64,000 bases of DNA from Alcanivoracaceae bacterium (lineage in GTDB: Bacteria > Pseudomonadota > Gammaproteobacteria > Pseudomonadales > Alcanivoracaceae). The number at the start of each line of letters is the position of its first letter. The first letter of the stretch is position 1. The stretch covers positions 14,478-78,477 of the forward strand of contig JAGLCJ010000016.1 in the NCBI GenBank assembly GCA_023146255.1, written 5' to 3'. The position numbers and the translations under genes were made by a program. Under the pieces are notes generated by a model. That model was not told where the DNA came from. It ran no database searches and saw only the letters and a program-made list of their open reading frames with translations. This document shows, piece after piece, positions 1-9,322 of this stretch.

Positions 1-1
1 C

Positions 2-469
2 ATGCTGGTAAGAGTCATGGCCATCGGCACAAAAATGCCGGATTGGGTGGAACAAGGCGTCGAGGAATACCGGCGTCGGCTAGCCGGCGATATTCGTTTA
101 CAGTTCGAGGAAATCCCGCTACCCAAACGTCGCGGAGATACCGCCGCACTGATAGCCGACGAGGCCGAGTCGCTGCGCAAGCGATTACAAAAATACCCGG
201 GTATTCACACTGTCGCTCTGGAAGTATTGGGGCGGCCCATCGACACTCCACAACTGGCGAAAAAGTTGCAGTCGCTGCGTGACCAGAGTCAGGACATGGC
301 GCTACTGATTGGCGGACCGGACGGCCTTGACCCGGAACTGTCACGGCAATGCCATGAACAGTGGTCGCTGTCAGCGCTGACACTGCCGCATCCGCTGGTC
401 AGGATTGTCGTCGCCGAACAGATTTATCGCGGCTGGAGCCTGCTCTCCGGTCACCCCTACCATCGTTGA
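2..469 (+). CDS. rlmH: 23S rRNA (pseudouridine1915-N3)-methyltransferase RlmH
   Basis: Full-length 155-aa ORF with an RlmH/SPOUT-like sequence (MAIGTKMPDWVEQGVEEY..., C-terminal LPHPLVRIVVAEQIYRGWSLLSGHPYH). It sits in the conserved position directly upstream of mrdA-rodA. Confidence 0.9.
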   Translation: MLVRVMAIGTKMPDWVEQGVEEYRRRLAGDIRLQFEEIPLPKRRGDTAALIADEAESLRKRLQKYPGIHTVALEVLGRPIDTPQLAKKLQSLRDQSQDMALLIGGPDGLDPELSRQCHEQWSLSALTLPHPLVRIVVAEQIYRGWSLLSGHPYHR

Positions 470-480
470 TTCTGACTGCC

Positions 481-2355
481 ATGCGCCTGCGCGACCGCCA
501 ACGGGAAAGCCAGATTATCCAGATGCGCCTGATCTGGACGCTGGCCTTTGTGGTGATTGTGCTTGGCGCGCTGGTCAGCCGGATGATCTGGCTGCAATGG
601 CTTCAGCACGACCGGTTTCAGGCTCTGGCAGATCAGAATCGGGTGCAGACTCAGGCAATTGCACCGCCAAGAGGACTATTGCTGGATCGCCACGGCAGAA
701 TTCTGGCGGACAACCAACCGGACTTTTCTCTGGTGGTGATTCCCGAACAAGTGCGCGATCTCGACGCCGCCCTGAACGGTCTGCGCGAGCTGATCAGCAT
801 CGACGACGACCAGATCGAACGATTTCACACCCAGCTGAAACAGCGCCGCCGGGCCTGGGAAGCGATTCCCCTGCGCAGCCGTCTGACCATGGAAGAAATT
901 GCCCTGATTGCCGAGGCCAGACATGAATGGCCCGGCGTACGCATTGAAGCAGAAGCGATCCGCCACTATCCGCACGGCGACCTGTTTTCCCATGTAATCG
1001 GTTACGTTAACCGCATCAATGCCGAAGACATTGCGGCGATGGATGAGGCAACACTCGCCAACTACAGCGGCACAAATTTTTATGGCCGCGCCGGGATTGA
1101 GCGTCAGTATGAGCAACGCCTGCATGGCAAGGTGGGTTACCGCAAGGTGGAAACCAACGCCCGTGGCAGGGTGCAGCAGGTGCTGGAGGAAATTCCGCCG
1201 GTGCCCGGCGAGGATATTCACCTGAATCTGGACCTTGATGTTCAGCGTGCTGCCTGGGATGCACTTGGCAGCCGGCGCGGCGCGGTGATTGCCATTGATC
1301 CACGCGATGGCGGCGTGCTCGCCTTCGTCAGTCGCCCCGGCTTTGATCCGAACCTGTTTGTTACCGGCATTTCGCTAACGGACTACGCCGCCTATCGTGA
1401 CGATCCCGACCGACCGCTATTCAATCGTGCCCTTCAGGGGCAATACCCGCCGGGCTCGACAATCAAATCGATGATGGGACTGGCCGCGCTCGACGCCGGC
1501 GTCACCGACTGGCAACGCACCATTCGTGACCCCGGATTTTTCAATCTACCCGGCACCACCCGGATCATCCGGGACTGGAAACGAGGCGGCCATGGCGTGG
1601 TCAACCTGCACACCGCAGTGGTGGAGTCCTGCGATACCTATTTCTACGACGCCGGCCTGAAAATGGGCATTGACCACATTGCCAACTTCCTCGCTCATTT
1701 CGGCCTCGGCAAGATCACCGGCATTGACCTTCAGGGAGAACTGGCCGGCATCCTGCCATCGCGGGAATGGAAGCAACGCGCCCGGAAAAGCGCCTGGTTC
1801 CACGGCGACACCGTCAATACCAGCATCGGCCAAGGCTACATGCTGGCGACGCCGCTGCAGCTGGCACAAACCATGGTGGTCAGTGCCCGACGCGGCAAAC
1901 AGATTGTTCCGCGGGTCGCCATGGGCGCGCCGGCGGCGGAACCGCAAGATCAACTGGTGCTGAAAAATCCGGATAACTGGCCACGCATGGAGGCGGCGCT
2001 GGCCGATGTATTACATGGCCAGCGCGGCACCGCGCGTGCCGCCGGTCATGGCGCCCAGTACCGTATTGCCGGCAAATCCGGTACAGCTCAGGTGTTCTCG
2101 CTGGCCTCCGACGTTGAGTACAAGGAACTTGATGTCGCCGAGCGACTGCGCGATCACGCCCTGTTCGTTGCCTTTGCCCCGGTCGACAACCCGGCGATTG
2201 CCGTTGCCGTTCTGGTCGAGAATGGCGAGTCCGGCGGCAGAACCGCGGGTCCGGTGGCGCGCGCGGTCATGGACGCCTGGTTACTGGATGGCAAAGGCAG
2301 TTTGCGCGATCTATCCAGGCCGCGGCTTCAACCTGATGAAGGAGCCACGCCATGA
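481..2355 (+). CDS. mrdA: Penicillin-binding protein 2 (peptidoglycan D,D-transpeptidase MrdA)
   Basis: ORF-track ORF 361..2355 trimmed to ATG 481 (MRLRDRQRESQ). This start lies after the rlmH stop and before the N-terminal TM helix. Class B PBP motifs SxxK (GSTIKS) and KSG (AGKSGTAQ) are present. Confidence 0.92.
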   Translation: MRLRDRQRESQIIQMRLIWTLAFVVIVLGALVSRMIWLQWLQHDRFQALADQNRVQTQAIAPPRGLLLDRHGRILADNQPDFSLVVIPEQVRDLDAALNGLRELISIDDDQIERFHTQLKQRRRAWEAIPLRSRLTMEEIALIAEARHEWPGVRIEAEAIRHYPHGDLFSHVIGYVNRINAEDIAAMDEATLANYSGTNFYGRAGIERQYEQRLHGKVGYRKVETNARGRVQQVLEEIPPVPGEDIHLNLDLDVQRAAWDALGSRRGAVIAIDPRDGGVLAFVSRPGFDPNLFVTGISLTDYAAYRDDPDRPLFNRALQGQYPPGSTIKSMMGLAALDAGVTDWQRTIRDPGFFNLPGTTRIIRDWKRGGHGVVNLHTAVVESCDTYFYDAGLKMGIDHIANFLAHFGLGKITGIDLQGELAGILPSREWKQRARKSAWFHGDTVNTSIGQGYMLATPLQLAQTMVVSARRGKQIVPRVAMGAPAAEPQDQLVLKNPDNWPRMEAALADVLHGQRGTARAAGHGAQYRIAGKSGTAQVFSLASDVEYKELDVAERLRDHALFVAFAPVDNPAIAVAVLVENGESGGRTAGPVARAVMDAWLLDGKGSLRDLSRPRLQPDEGATP

Positions 2356-3494
2356 GTTCGCGCGAATACCTGCGGCAGTTGCCAAGTCATCAGCGCGGGC
2401 CATCGAATCGTGATCTGGCCTTCCGCCTGCATGTTGATGCGCCACTGCTGGCCGGATTACTTGCGATCATGGCCTACGGCATGTTCATCCTCTACAGCGC
2501 CGGTGGCGAAGACATCAACCTGCTGATCCGGCAAAGCATGCGCTTTCTGGTCGGCTTTACTACCATGTTCGTGCTGGCCCAGTTTCCGCCACGCACCTTC
2601 CGCTTCTGGACACCGGTGCTGTATGGCATCGGTCTGGTCATGCTGGTTCTGGTACTACTGGTCGGCATCGAAGCCAAGGGCGCGCAGCGCTGGCTGTATA
2701 TTCCCGGTTTCGGTCGATTCCAGCCATCGGAACTGATGAAGATCGCCGTGCCGGCGCTAGTGGCCTGGTTCTTCCGTGACCGGGCATTGCCACCATCATT
2801 TCGCGATGTGGTGATTGCCTTGACCATCGTCATCGTCCCGGCACTGCTTATCGGCAAACAGCCGGATCTTGGCACTGCCCTGCTGATTGCCATGTCCGGT
2901 CTGGTCATCCTGTTTATGGCCGGACTGAGCTGGCGAATAATCGGTGCCGCAGTGGCCTTCGTCGCTGTTGCCGCACCACTAATGTATTTCTATGTCATGC
3001 ACGACTATCAACGCCGCCGTGTTGATACTTTCCTCAACCCCGAGGCAGACCCACTCGGCGCCGGCTGGAATATCATCCAGTCCAAAACTGCCATCGGCTC
3101 TGGGGGTATTGATGGCAAAGGCTGGCTGAACGGCACTCAGTCGCGACTCGACTTCCTGCCAGAATCCTCCACCGATTTTATCTTCGCAGTGCTCGCCGAA
3201 GAGCTCGGCCTGCTTGGCATCCTGTTGCTGTTTGCGCTTTACCTGTTCGTCATCGGCCGCTGCCTGTGGATCAGCTATCACGCCCAGGATCTGTTCTCGC
3301 GGTTACTGGGAGCTGGCCTCGCCATTACTTTTTTCATCTATATTCTGGTCAATGTCGGCATGGTCTCCGGCCTGCTGCCCGTGGTCGGCGTGCCGCTGCC
3401 TCTGATCAGTTATGGCGGCACCTCGATTGTGACGCTGCTGGCCGGTTTCGGTATGCTGATGTCCATTCATACCCACCGACGGCTGATCGGATAA
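2352..3494 (+). CDS. rodA: Peptidoglycan glycosyltransferase RodA (SEDS family)
   Basis: 380-aa polytopic membrane protein with FtsW/RodA-like sequence. Its ATG overlaps the mrdA stop (ATGA), the classic mrdAB coupling. Confidence 0.92.
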   Translation: MSSREYLRQLPSHQRGPSNRDLAFRLHVDAPLLAGLLAIMAYGMFILYSAGGEDINLLIRQSMRFLVGFTTMFVLAQFPPRTFRFWTPVLYGIGLVMLVLVLLVGIEAKGAQRWLYIPGFGRFQPSELMKIAVPALVAWFFRDRALPPSFRDVVIALTIVIVPALLIGKQPDLGTALLIAMSGLVILFMAGLSWRIIGAAVAFVAVAAPLMYFYVMHDYQRRRVDTFLNPEADPLGAGWNIIQSKTAIGSGGIDGKGWLNGTQSRLDFLPESSTDFIFAVLAEELGLLGILLLFALYLFVIGRCLWISYHAQDLFSRLLGAGLAITFFIYILVNVGMVSGLLPVVGVPLPLISYGGTSIVTLLAGFGMLMSIHTHRRLIG

Positions 3495-3518
3495 ACCGGA
3501 TCAGAAAAAGGAGCAGTT

Positions 3519-4526
3519 GTGAATAAATGCATGCTGATGATTCTGCTTGCCTGCCTCAGTGCAAACACTCTGGCGAGCAGCTATGCCAATCATCCGGAGG
3601 CATTGAAAGTAGCCGACGAGTTGGCCAGCGAGGGGCTCGACCGTGAAAGAATTCTGGCACTGCTCGGCACCGCGCAACGACAGGAAACCATCCTGGAGCG
3701 AATTGCCAAACCGGCGGAGAAAACCCTGACCTGGGCAGATTACCGTCGGCTGTTTGTACAGCCGGACCGGGTCCAGCAGGGCCTTGAATTCTGGCGGACA
3801 CACGACGCCACACTGGCGGCAGTGGAAAACGAACACGGCGTCCCTCGGGAAATGATCCTCGCCATTCTTGGCGTAGAAACCCGTTACGGACGCCACAAAG
3901 GCACCTGGCGAGTACTCGATGCGCTGACCACTCTGGGCTTTGATTATCCGCCGCGTGCCACTTTTTTCCGAGGTCAGTTGAAAGAGCTTTTCCGCCTTGA
4001 ACAGAAAGCCGGCATCGATATCAGCGAAGTCACCGGCTCCTATGCCGGCGCCATGGGCTATCCGCAGTTTATTCCCACCAGCTATATCCATTACGCCGTG
4101 GATCAGGACCAGGACCAGCGCATCGACCTGCTGGATAACCCGGCCGATGCCATCGGCAGTATCGCCAACTATTTCCGTGTCCATGGCTGGCAGAAAGGTC
4201 TGCCGGTGGCAGCCAGGGCACGAGTCGAGGGCGACAAGTGGCGAGCCCTGATTCAGGAACTCGACAAGCCCCGCACCACGCTGGGCGAGGCGAGAAAGGC
4301 CGGCGCGGTCTCGGTATCCTGTGAGGAAAGCCGCTTTTGCTTCGGCGATCTGCCGAACGACACCCCGATCGCGTTGATCGAACTTCACGGCGAGCAGGGC
4401 AGCGAGTTCTGGCTGACCACCCGGAATTTTTATGTCATTACCCGCTACAACCACAGTTACCTGTACGCCATGGCGGCGTATCATCTGTCCCGGGATCTGC
4501 ACGAACAAGGTGGAGAGCGTCATTGA
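3519..4526 (+). CDS. mltB: Lytic murein transglycosylase B
   Basis: 335 aa with a signal peptide (MLMILLACLSANTLA) and MltB/Slt35-like blocks (ILGVETRYG, YAGAMGYPQFIP). Confidence 0.88.
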   Translation: MNKCMLMILLACLSANTLASSYANHPEALKVADELASEGLDRERILALLGTAQRQETILERIAKPAEKTLTWADYRRLFVQPDRVQQGLEFWRTHDATLAAVENEHGVPREMILAILGVETRYGRHKGTWRVLDALTTLGFDYPPRATFFRGQLKELFRLEQKAGIDISEVTGSYAGAMGYPQFIPTSYIHYAVDQDQDQRIDLLDNPADAIGSIANYFRVHGWQKGLPVAARARVEGDKWRALIQELDKPRTTLGEARKAGAVSVSCEESRFCFGDLPNDTPIALIELHGEQGSEFWLTTRNFYVITRYNHSYLYAMAAYHLSRDLHEQGGERH

Positions 4527-5374
4527 TGAACCGGTTGTTGCCACTGCTTTTGCTGTTGCTTGTCGGCTGTGCTTCGTCGCCCTATCAGCCGCATGGATCA
4601 AGCACACCGGACGATAACGGCGCACCCGGTAGTGACCGCTACAGCATTGCCCAGGATCATGCACCGCAGTCTGATCGCCAGCGCATGCAGCAACTGCCGC
4701 AGCCGACACCCAGGGATGAGCCTCGCAGTCGCTACGGCAATGGCCCGACCTATCGGGTCTGGGGGGTCACCTACGAAGTACTGGAATCATCAAGCGGGTA
4801 TGTCGAAGACGGTATTGCATCCTGGTATGGCGCCAAATTTCATGGCCATCGCACCTCCAGCGGTGAACCCTACGACATGTATCAGCTCAGCGCCGCCCAC
4901 AAGACCCTGCCGCTGCCGACCTGGGCGCGCGTGACCAACCTGGATAACGGCAAGAGCACTGTTGTTCGCATCAATGACCGTGGCCCGTTTCACTCCGAGC
5001 GGGTCATTGATCTGTCCTGGGCCGCTGCTGTGAAGCTGGATATCGACCAGCGAGGCACCGGCCGGGTGCGAGTTGAAGCACTCAGCACGGAGCCGACCAA
5101 TCAGCCGCAAACCGTGATGGCCGCCACCAGCAGCCCACCGCCACCGGCCGGCGCCCTGTATCTGCAAGCAGGAGCATTCGGCCAGCGGGAAAGCGCTCTG
5201 GCACTGATGACCGATCTGGTCGAACGCTTTTCCTGGCCGGTGGCGATTCGCAGCAGCGACAACATCCACCGCGTCTGGATCGGTCCGTTCAGCAGCGAAC
5301 AGGAGCGTCTGGGCGCCCGCGAAGCGATTGGCAAGGCCGGCTTCGCGACACCCGTCAACGCCGCCGCCCCCTGA
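4526..5374 (+). CDS. rlpA: Septal ring lytic transglycosylase RlpA (lipoprotein with SPOR domain)
   Basis: ORF 4337..5374 trimmed to ATG 4526, which overlaps the mltB stop. Lipobox LLLLVGC, DPBB core (GIASWYGAKFHGHRTSSGEPYD, RINDRGP) and a C-terminal SPOR-like segment. Confidence 0.9.
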   Translation: MNRLLPLLLLLLVGCASSPYQPHGSSTPDDNGAPGSDRYSIAQDHAPQSDRQRMQQLPQPTPRDEPRSRYGNGPTYRVWGVTYEVLESSSGYVEDGIASWYGAKFHGHRTSSGEPYDMYQLSAAHKTLPLPTWARVTNLDNGKSTVVRINDRGPFHSERVIDLSWAAAVKLDIDQRGTGRVRVEALSTEPTNQPQTVMAATSSPPPPAGALYLQAGAFGQRESALALMTDLVERFSWPVAIRSSDNIHRVWIGPFSSEQERLGAREAIGKAGFATPVNAAAP

Positions 5375-5510
5375 CTTTTCTGCCCATGCGGCCTAGAATG
5401 CGCGCAATTCGGCGTGTATCGGGAATTATTCTGCCGGTCACGGTCAAATGACCCTGACCGCTGATACACCACATCCGCGCAACCACTGCGCCCAAGCACG
5501 CGAGAGCACG

Positions 5511-6665
5511 ATGACACGGACCCGACCCTCCCGGCTGATTACCCTTTTTGCTGCCCTGCTGATGCCGCTCAGCGCCAGTGCAGATTCGCTGATTGCCAAG
5601 CCGCCGCAAATTGCCGCCAGCGGTTACATCCTGATGGATGCTGCCAGTGGTCAGGTGCTGGTGGCGCACAATGCCGATGAGCAGCTGCCACCAGCCAGCC
5701 TGACCAAGATGATGACCGCCTATGTTGCCGACCATGAGCTTGAGCGTGGCAACATCAACCTGAAAGATCAGGTGCTGGTCAGCGTCAAGGCCTGGCGCAC
5801 CGGCGGCTCGCGCATGTTTATCAGAGAAGGCACTTCGGTCAGCGTCGAAGATCTGCTCAAGGGCATCATCATTGCCTCAGGCAACGACGCCAGCGTGGCA
5901 CTGGCAGAACATATTGCCGGCAGCGAAGATTCATTTGCTGACCTGATGAATCGCCATGCTGACCGCCTTGGTATGACCACCACCCGTTTCCGCAATGCCA
6001 CCGGCTGGCCTGCGGACGGCCACTTCAGCAGCGCCCGCGACATGGCAACGCTGGCACTGGCGATCATCAACGACTTCCCGGAGCACTATGCTCTCTATGC
6101 GGAAAAGAGTTTCACCTACAACAACATTACCCAGCAGAACCGCAACCTGCTGCTGTGGCGTGACAGCAGTGTTGATGGCCTGAAAACGGGCCATACAGAG
6201 GAAGCCGGCTATTGTCTGGTGGCATCTGCGAAACAGGGCAACCAGCGCCTGATCAGTGTGGTCATGGGAACCGCTTCAGAACAGGCGCGCGCCGTGGAAA
6301 CGCAGAAGCTGCTGACCTGGGGCTTCCGTTTCTTTGAAACCTACCGCGCCTACCGTGCCGGCGATGTGCTGTCACAGGTGCCGGTATGGATGGGCAAAGA
6401 CAACCAGCTCGATATCGGCCCACTGACTGATCTGGTTATGACCATCCCGCGTGACAGCCAGAAAGACCTTAAAGCGGAAATGAAAGTCCATCCGGAGATC
6501 CGCGCACCAATTCGCAAGGGCGACACCCTGGGCAATGTTGTCATCACGCTCAACGATGAGGTGTTGCTGGATCGTCCATTAGTGGCGCTGAACGATGTTG
6601 AGCGAGCAGGGTTCTTCAAGCGCCTGTGGCACAGCATTCAGCTTTTTTTCCGTGGCCTGTTTTAA
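5511..6665 (+). CDS. dacA: D-alanyl-D-alanine carboxypeptidase (PBP5/6 family)
   Basis: Trimmed to ATG 5511, giving the signal peptide MTRTRPSRLITLFAALLMPLSASA. Motifs SxxK (ASLTKMM), SGN (ASGNDA) and KTG (LKTGHT). Confidence 0.9.
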   Translation: MTRTRPSRLITLFAALLMPLSASADSLIAKPPQIAASGYILMDAASGQVLVAHNADEQLPPASLTKMMTAYVADHELERGNINLKDQVLVSVKAWRTGGSRMFIREGTSVSVEDLLKGIIIASGNDASVALAEHIAGSEDSFADLMNRHADRLGMTTTRFRNATGWPADGHFSSARDMATLALAIINDFPEHYALYAEKSFTYNNITQQNRNLLLWRDSSVDGLKTGHTEEAGYCLVASAKQGNQRLISVVMGTASEQARAVETQKLLTWGFRFFETYRAYRAGDVLSQVPVWMGKDNQLDIGPLTDLVMTIPRDSQKDLKAEMKVHPEIRAPIRKGDTLGNVVITLNDEVLLDRPLVALNDVERAGFFKRLWHSIQLFFRGLF

Positions 6666-6692
6666 TATCCGGACCAAAGTGAAAATATCGGC

Positions 6693-7556
6693 ATGAACAT
6701 CGCCTATCTGAATGGAGAATTTATGCCACTGGACGAAGCGCGCATTTCGCCGCTCGACCGTGGCTTTCTGTTCGCCGATGGCGTGTACGAAGTGATCCCC
6801 GCCTACGCCGGCACGCTGTTCCGACTGGGCGAGCACCTTGATCGGCTCGGTGCATCTCTGGCCGCCATTGAACTGGCTAACCCGCTGTCGCGGACTGACT
6901 GGACCGCCCTGTTCAATGCCCTGATTGAGCAGAATGGCGGCGGCAATATTTATATTTATCTGCAGGTCACCCGCGGAGCGGCGGCAAAGCGCGATCATGC
7001 GTTCCCGGTGCCGCCAGTGGCACCAACCATTTTTGCCATGACCGGACAAATCGCCACTCCTGCCGCCGACATGCCGGACACTACTCCCGGCGTTGCTGCC
7101 ATCACTCTGGATGATATCCGCTGGAGCCGCTGCGACATCAAGAGTGTGGCGCTGCTTGCCAATGTACTGATGCGACAGCAGGCGGTCAGCGAAGGCGCCT
7201 CTGAAGCCATTCTGATCCGTGACGGATTTGCCACCGAAGGCTCGGCCAGCAACTTCTTTATCGTTAAACAGGGCGTTATCGTCACGCCGCCGAAAAGTCA
7301 CCTGATCCTGCCCGGCATCACCCGCGACCTGCTGGTGGAGCTGGCGCGCAAGCACGGCATGCCGGTCGAAGAAAAAGAAGTCACCGAGGCCGAACTCAAG
7401 AGCGCCGACGAAGTCTGGATCTCCAGCTCCACCCGGGAAGTGGTGCCCGTTACCCGACTGAACGGGCATCCCCTCGGTGACGGCAGACCCGGTCCGGTAT
7501 GGAAACAGATGGCCAGATACTACGTCGATTTCAAGCGTGCCCTGTGCGGCTTGTAA
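6693..7556 (+). CDS. Fold-type IV PLP aminotransferase, probable D-amino-acid (D-alanine) transaminase
   Basis: 287 aa with a class IV aminotransferase sequence (NGEFMPLDEARISPLDRGFLFADGVYEVIP). The peptidoglycan-gene context favours D-Ala specificity, but D-amino-acid versus branched-chain specificity is not resolvable by eye. Confidence 0.75.
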   Translation: MNIAYLNGEFMPLDEARISPLDRGFLFADGVYEVIPAYAGTLFRLGEHLDRLGASLAAIELANPLSRTDWTALFNALIEQNGGGNIYIYLQVTRGAAAKRDHAFPVPPVAPTIFAMTGQIATPAADMPDTTPGVAAITLDDIRWSRCDIKSVALLANVLMRQQAVSEGASEAILIRDGFATEGSASNFFIVKQGVIVTPPKSHLILPGITRDLLVELARKHGMPVEEKEVTEAELKSADEVWISSSTREVVPVTRLNGHPLGDGRPGPVWKQMARYYVDFKRALCGL

Positions 7557-7612
7557 ATCCCCCTTTCGTCCCCAGATAACAGCACGTCAAACAGCCAGCC
7601 ACAGGAACGACC

Positions 7613-7882
7613 ATGACCATCAATGAAGACCTCTGGGATTTTCCCCACGAAATGACTCTCAAGGTCATGGGTGCAGCGGACGGCCCGCTGGAGCAGGCTG
7701 TGGTCGCCATTCTGACCCAGCATCTGGAAGATTTTGATCCGAATGCGCACATCTCGGTGACGCCGAGCGCGAAAGGCAATTACATTTCAGTGAACGCCCG
7801 AATCGTCGTCCGGCATCGTGATCACGTTACCCGGATTTATGCCGAGCTGAACGCCTGCAGCCACGTCAAGGTGGTGTTCTGA
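7613..7882 (+). CDS. ybeD: YbeD/DUF493 family protein
   Basis: 89-aa ORF with YbeD-like sequence (FPHEMTLKVMGAA...). Its position after dacA is as in E. coli and Pseudomonas. Confidence 0.85.
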   Translation: MTINEDLWDFPHEMTLKVMGAADGPLEQAVVAILTQHLEDFDPNAHISVTPSAKGNYISVNARIVVRHRDHVTRIYAELNACSHVKVVF

Positions 7883-7892
7883 CACCAGCGTG

Positions 7893-8912
7893 TCAGGAAA
7901 TCTCCAGCACCACCTTGCCGGTGCTTTTCCCGGAACGCAGACAATCGAGCGCCCGATGTGCGTCGGAGAATGGGAACCGATGACCCACATGCGGCGGCGG
8001 CAATTCCATCTTTTGCAGCTCTTCCAGCAAGACATGCATACGCTCCTGCTGTTCCCACAACCAGATCAGGTTGAACGCCAGCACCGATTTGTTCTCGCTG
8101 ATCATCGACATCACGTCGTACCGTGGTCGGCGCAGAAACTTCCAGGCGGCGGTCAGATAGTTCGGCCGACTGCCGCTCGGGGTGAACTCGGCGGCGCCAA
8201 ACACCACCAGCCTGCCCATCGGTTTGAGCGCAGCAAAACTGGCTAGCTGCACATCGCCACCGATAGCATCCAGCACCAGATCAAAACTTCGTGACTGTCG
8301 TTGCAACTGATCCGCAAATGACCGTTCCCGCACCAGTACATCGGTGAAACCTTCAGCCTGTAACAGCGGCAGCTTTTCTGCCGTGCCGACACTGCCAACT
8401 GGTTCTGCGCCAACCGCACGGGCCAACCGCATGGCCTGCAAACCCACTCCGCCAGCAGCACTGTGAATCAGCACCTGATGCCCGGGCTGAATATCACCGA
8501 GGGTTTTCAACGCATACCAGGCTGTCATGGTCTGCGCCAGAAAAGCAGCGCCCTGAGCATCGTCCCAGTCTGATGGAATCAGGTGCACATACTCCGGAGG
8601 GCTGTCGATTATCGTCGCATAGCCACCAAAACGAGTAACTCCCATAACCCGGTCGCCAACACAGAACGCTTCCACCGCCGCACCGACGCTGACCACCTCA
8701 CCGGCGTACTCAAGTCCCGGAATAAAGCTGCCTTCGGGAGTGGCCGAATAGAGGCCGGTCAGGGCAAAGATATCGGCAAAGTTAAGCCCCACCGCCGTGA
8801 CCTGCACACGCACATCATGGGCCCCGAGCTCCGGCAATGACTCCTGCTGCAGCGTCAGGCTGCTCAGGCTGCCAGCCTTCGGAGTGCGCCAGACATGCCG
8901 CTGCGGAATCAT
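7893..8912 (-). CDS. Medium-chain dehydrogenase/reductase, quinone oxidoreductase (VAT-1-like)
   Basis: 339 aa with MDR features (GLNFADI, nucleotide loop SAAGGVGLQAM). Its stop lies in a hairpin shared with the ybeD stop (7880-7895). Confidence 0.8.
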   Translation of the reverse strand: MIPQRHVWRTPKAGSLSSLTLQQESLPELGAHDVRVQVTAVGLNFADIFALTGLYSATPEGSFIPGLEYAGEVVSVGAAVEAFCVGDRVMGVTRFGGYATIIDSPPEYVHLIPSDWDDAQGAAFLAQTMTAWYALKTLGDIQPGHQVLIHSAAGGVGLQAMRLARAVGAEPVGSVGTAEKLPLLQAEGFTDVLVRERSFADQLQRQSRSFDLVLDAIGGDVQLASFAALKPMGRLVVFGAAEFTPSGSRPNYLTAAWKFLRRPRYDVMSMISENKSVLAFNLIWLWEQQERMHVLLEELQKMELPPPHVGHRFPFSDAHRALDCLRSGKSTGKVVLEIS

Positions 8913-9298
8913 AAATCGTCCCAGTCGATCGCTTCACCGGTGTCCAGCCGGGCCAGCACATCGGCAAGAATGACGGGCGGTAACTCGGAAGATTCCAGCA
9001 GAAGTTTCTCCCGGATAACCTTCAGGGGTAGCTTTTTCGCCTCGGTCAGGATCGGCGATGCCTTGTACTTGCCCGGCTCCGACTCTCCGTCGTCGACACT
9101 GTGATGAGCCAGAACTTTACCCTTACCACGCCAGACAATTGCATGCTCGGAGTGAGCCTTGTCATAGCACAGATGGAACGCAACCAGCCCGTTGCACTGA
9201 TCAAGCCAGACCACCAGATCCATAGCATCAGAACTGAACCAACGCTTGCAGATGTCCGCCGGGCCCTGCTTTATGTCCGCAATCTCTCGTAACACCAT
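8909..9298 (-). CDS. Hypothetical protein (about 129 aa), translationally coupled to the downstream oxidoreductase
   Basis: The ORF has balanced amino-acid composition, and its stop overlaps the oxidoreductase ATG (ATGA). The start is ATG 9298 or GTG 9301. I recognise no family. Confidence 0.55.
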   Translation of the reverse strand: MVLREIADIKQGPADICKRWFSSDAMDLVVWLDQCNGLVAFHLCYDKAHSEHAIVWRGKGKVLAHHSVDDGESEPGKYKASPILTEAKKLPLKVIREKLLLESSELPPVILADVLARLDTGEAIDWDDL

Positions 9299-9322
9299 CA
9301 CCTCGGCTCTGCTGAGTGAGCA

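Noticed and set aside
361-480. N-terminal extensions of ORF-track calls (361, 4337, 5448, 10471, 14587, 19355, 20703, 24271, 29287, 29175, 32103, 38615, 42398, 43260, 46463, 47958, 56223, 60057)
   Set aside because: The extended starts overlap the upstream gene, a terminator or a repeat, or they use TTG/GTG without an SD. Internal ATGs preceded by SD-like sequences, signal peptides or ATGA stop-start overlaps fit better. A few, notably 48054 and 56262, remain uncertain.
3501-4709. 402-aa minus-strand ORF antisense to mltB/rlpA
   Set aside because: It fully overlaps two well-supported plus-strand genes. Its Ala/Gly/Arg-rich, low-complexity composition is typical of antisense frames in high-GC DNA.
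6579-7469. 296-aa minus-strand ORF antisense to the class IV aminotransferase
   Set aside because: This is the same high-GC antisense artefact. The plus-strand product has clear family motifs.
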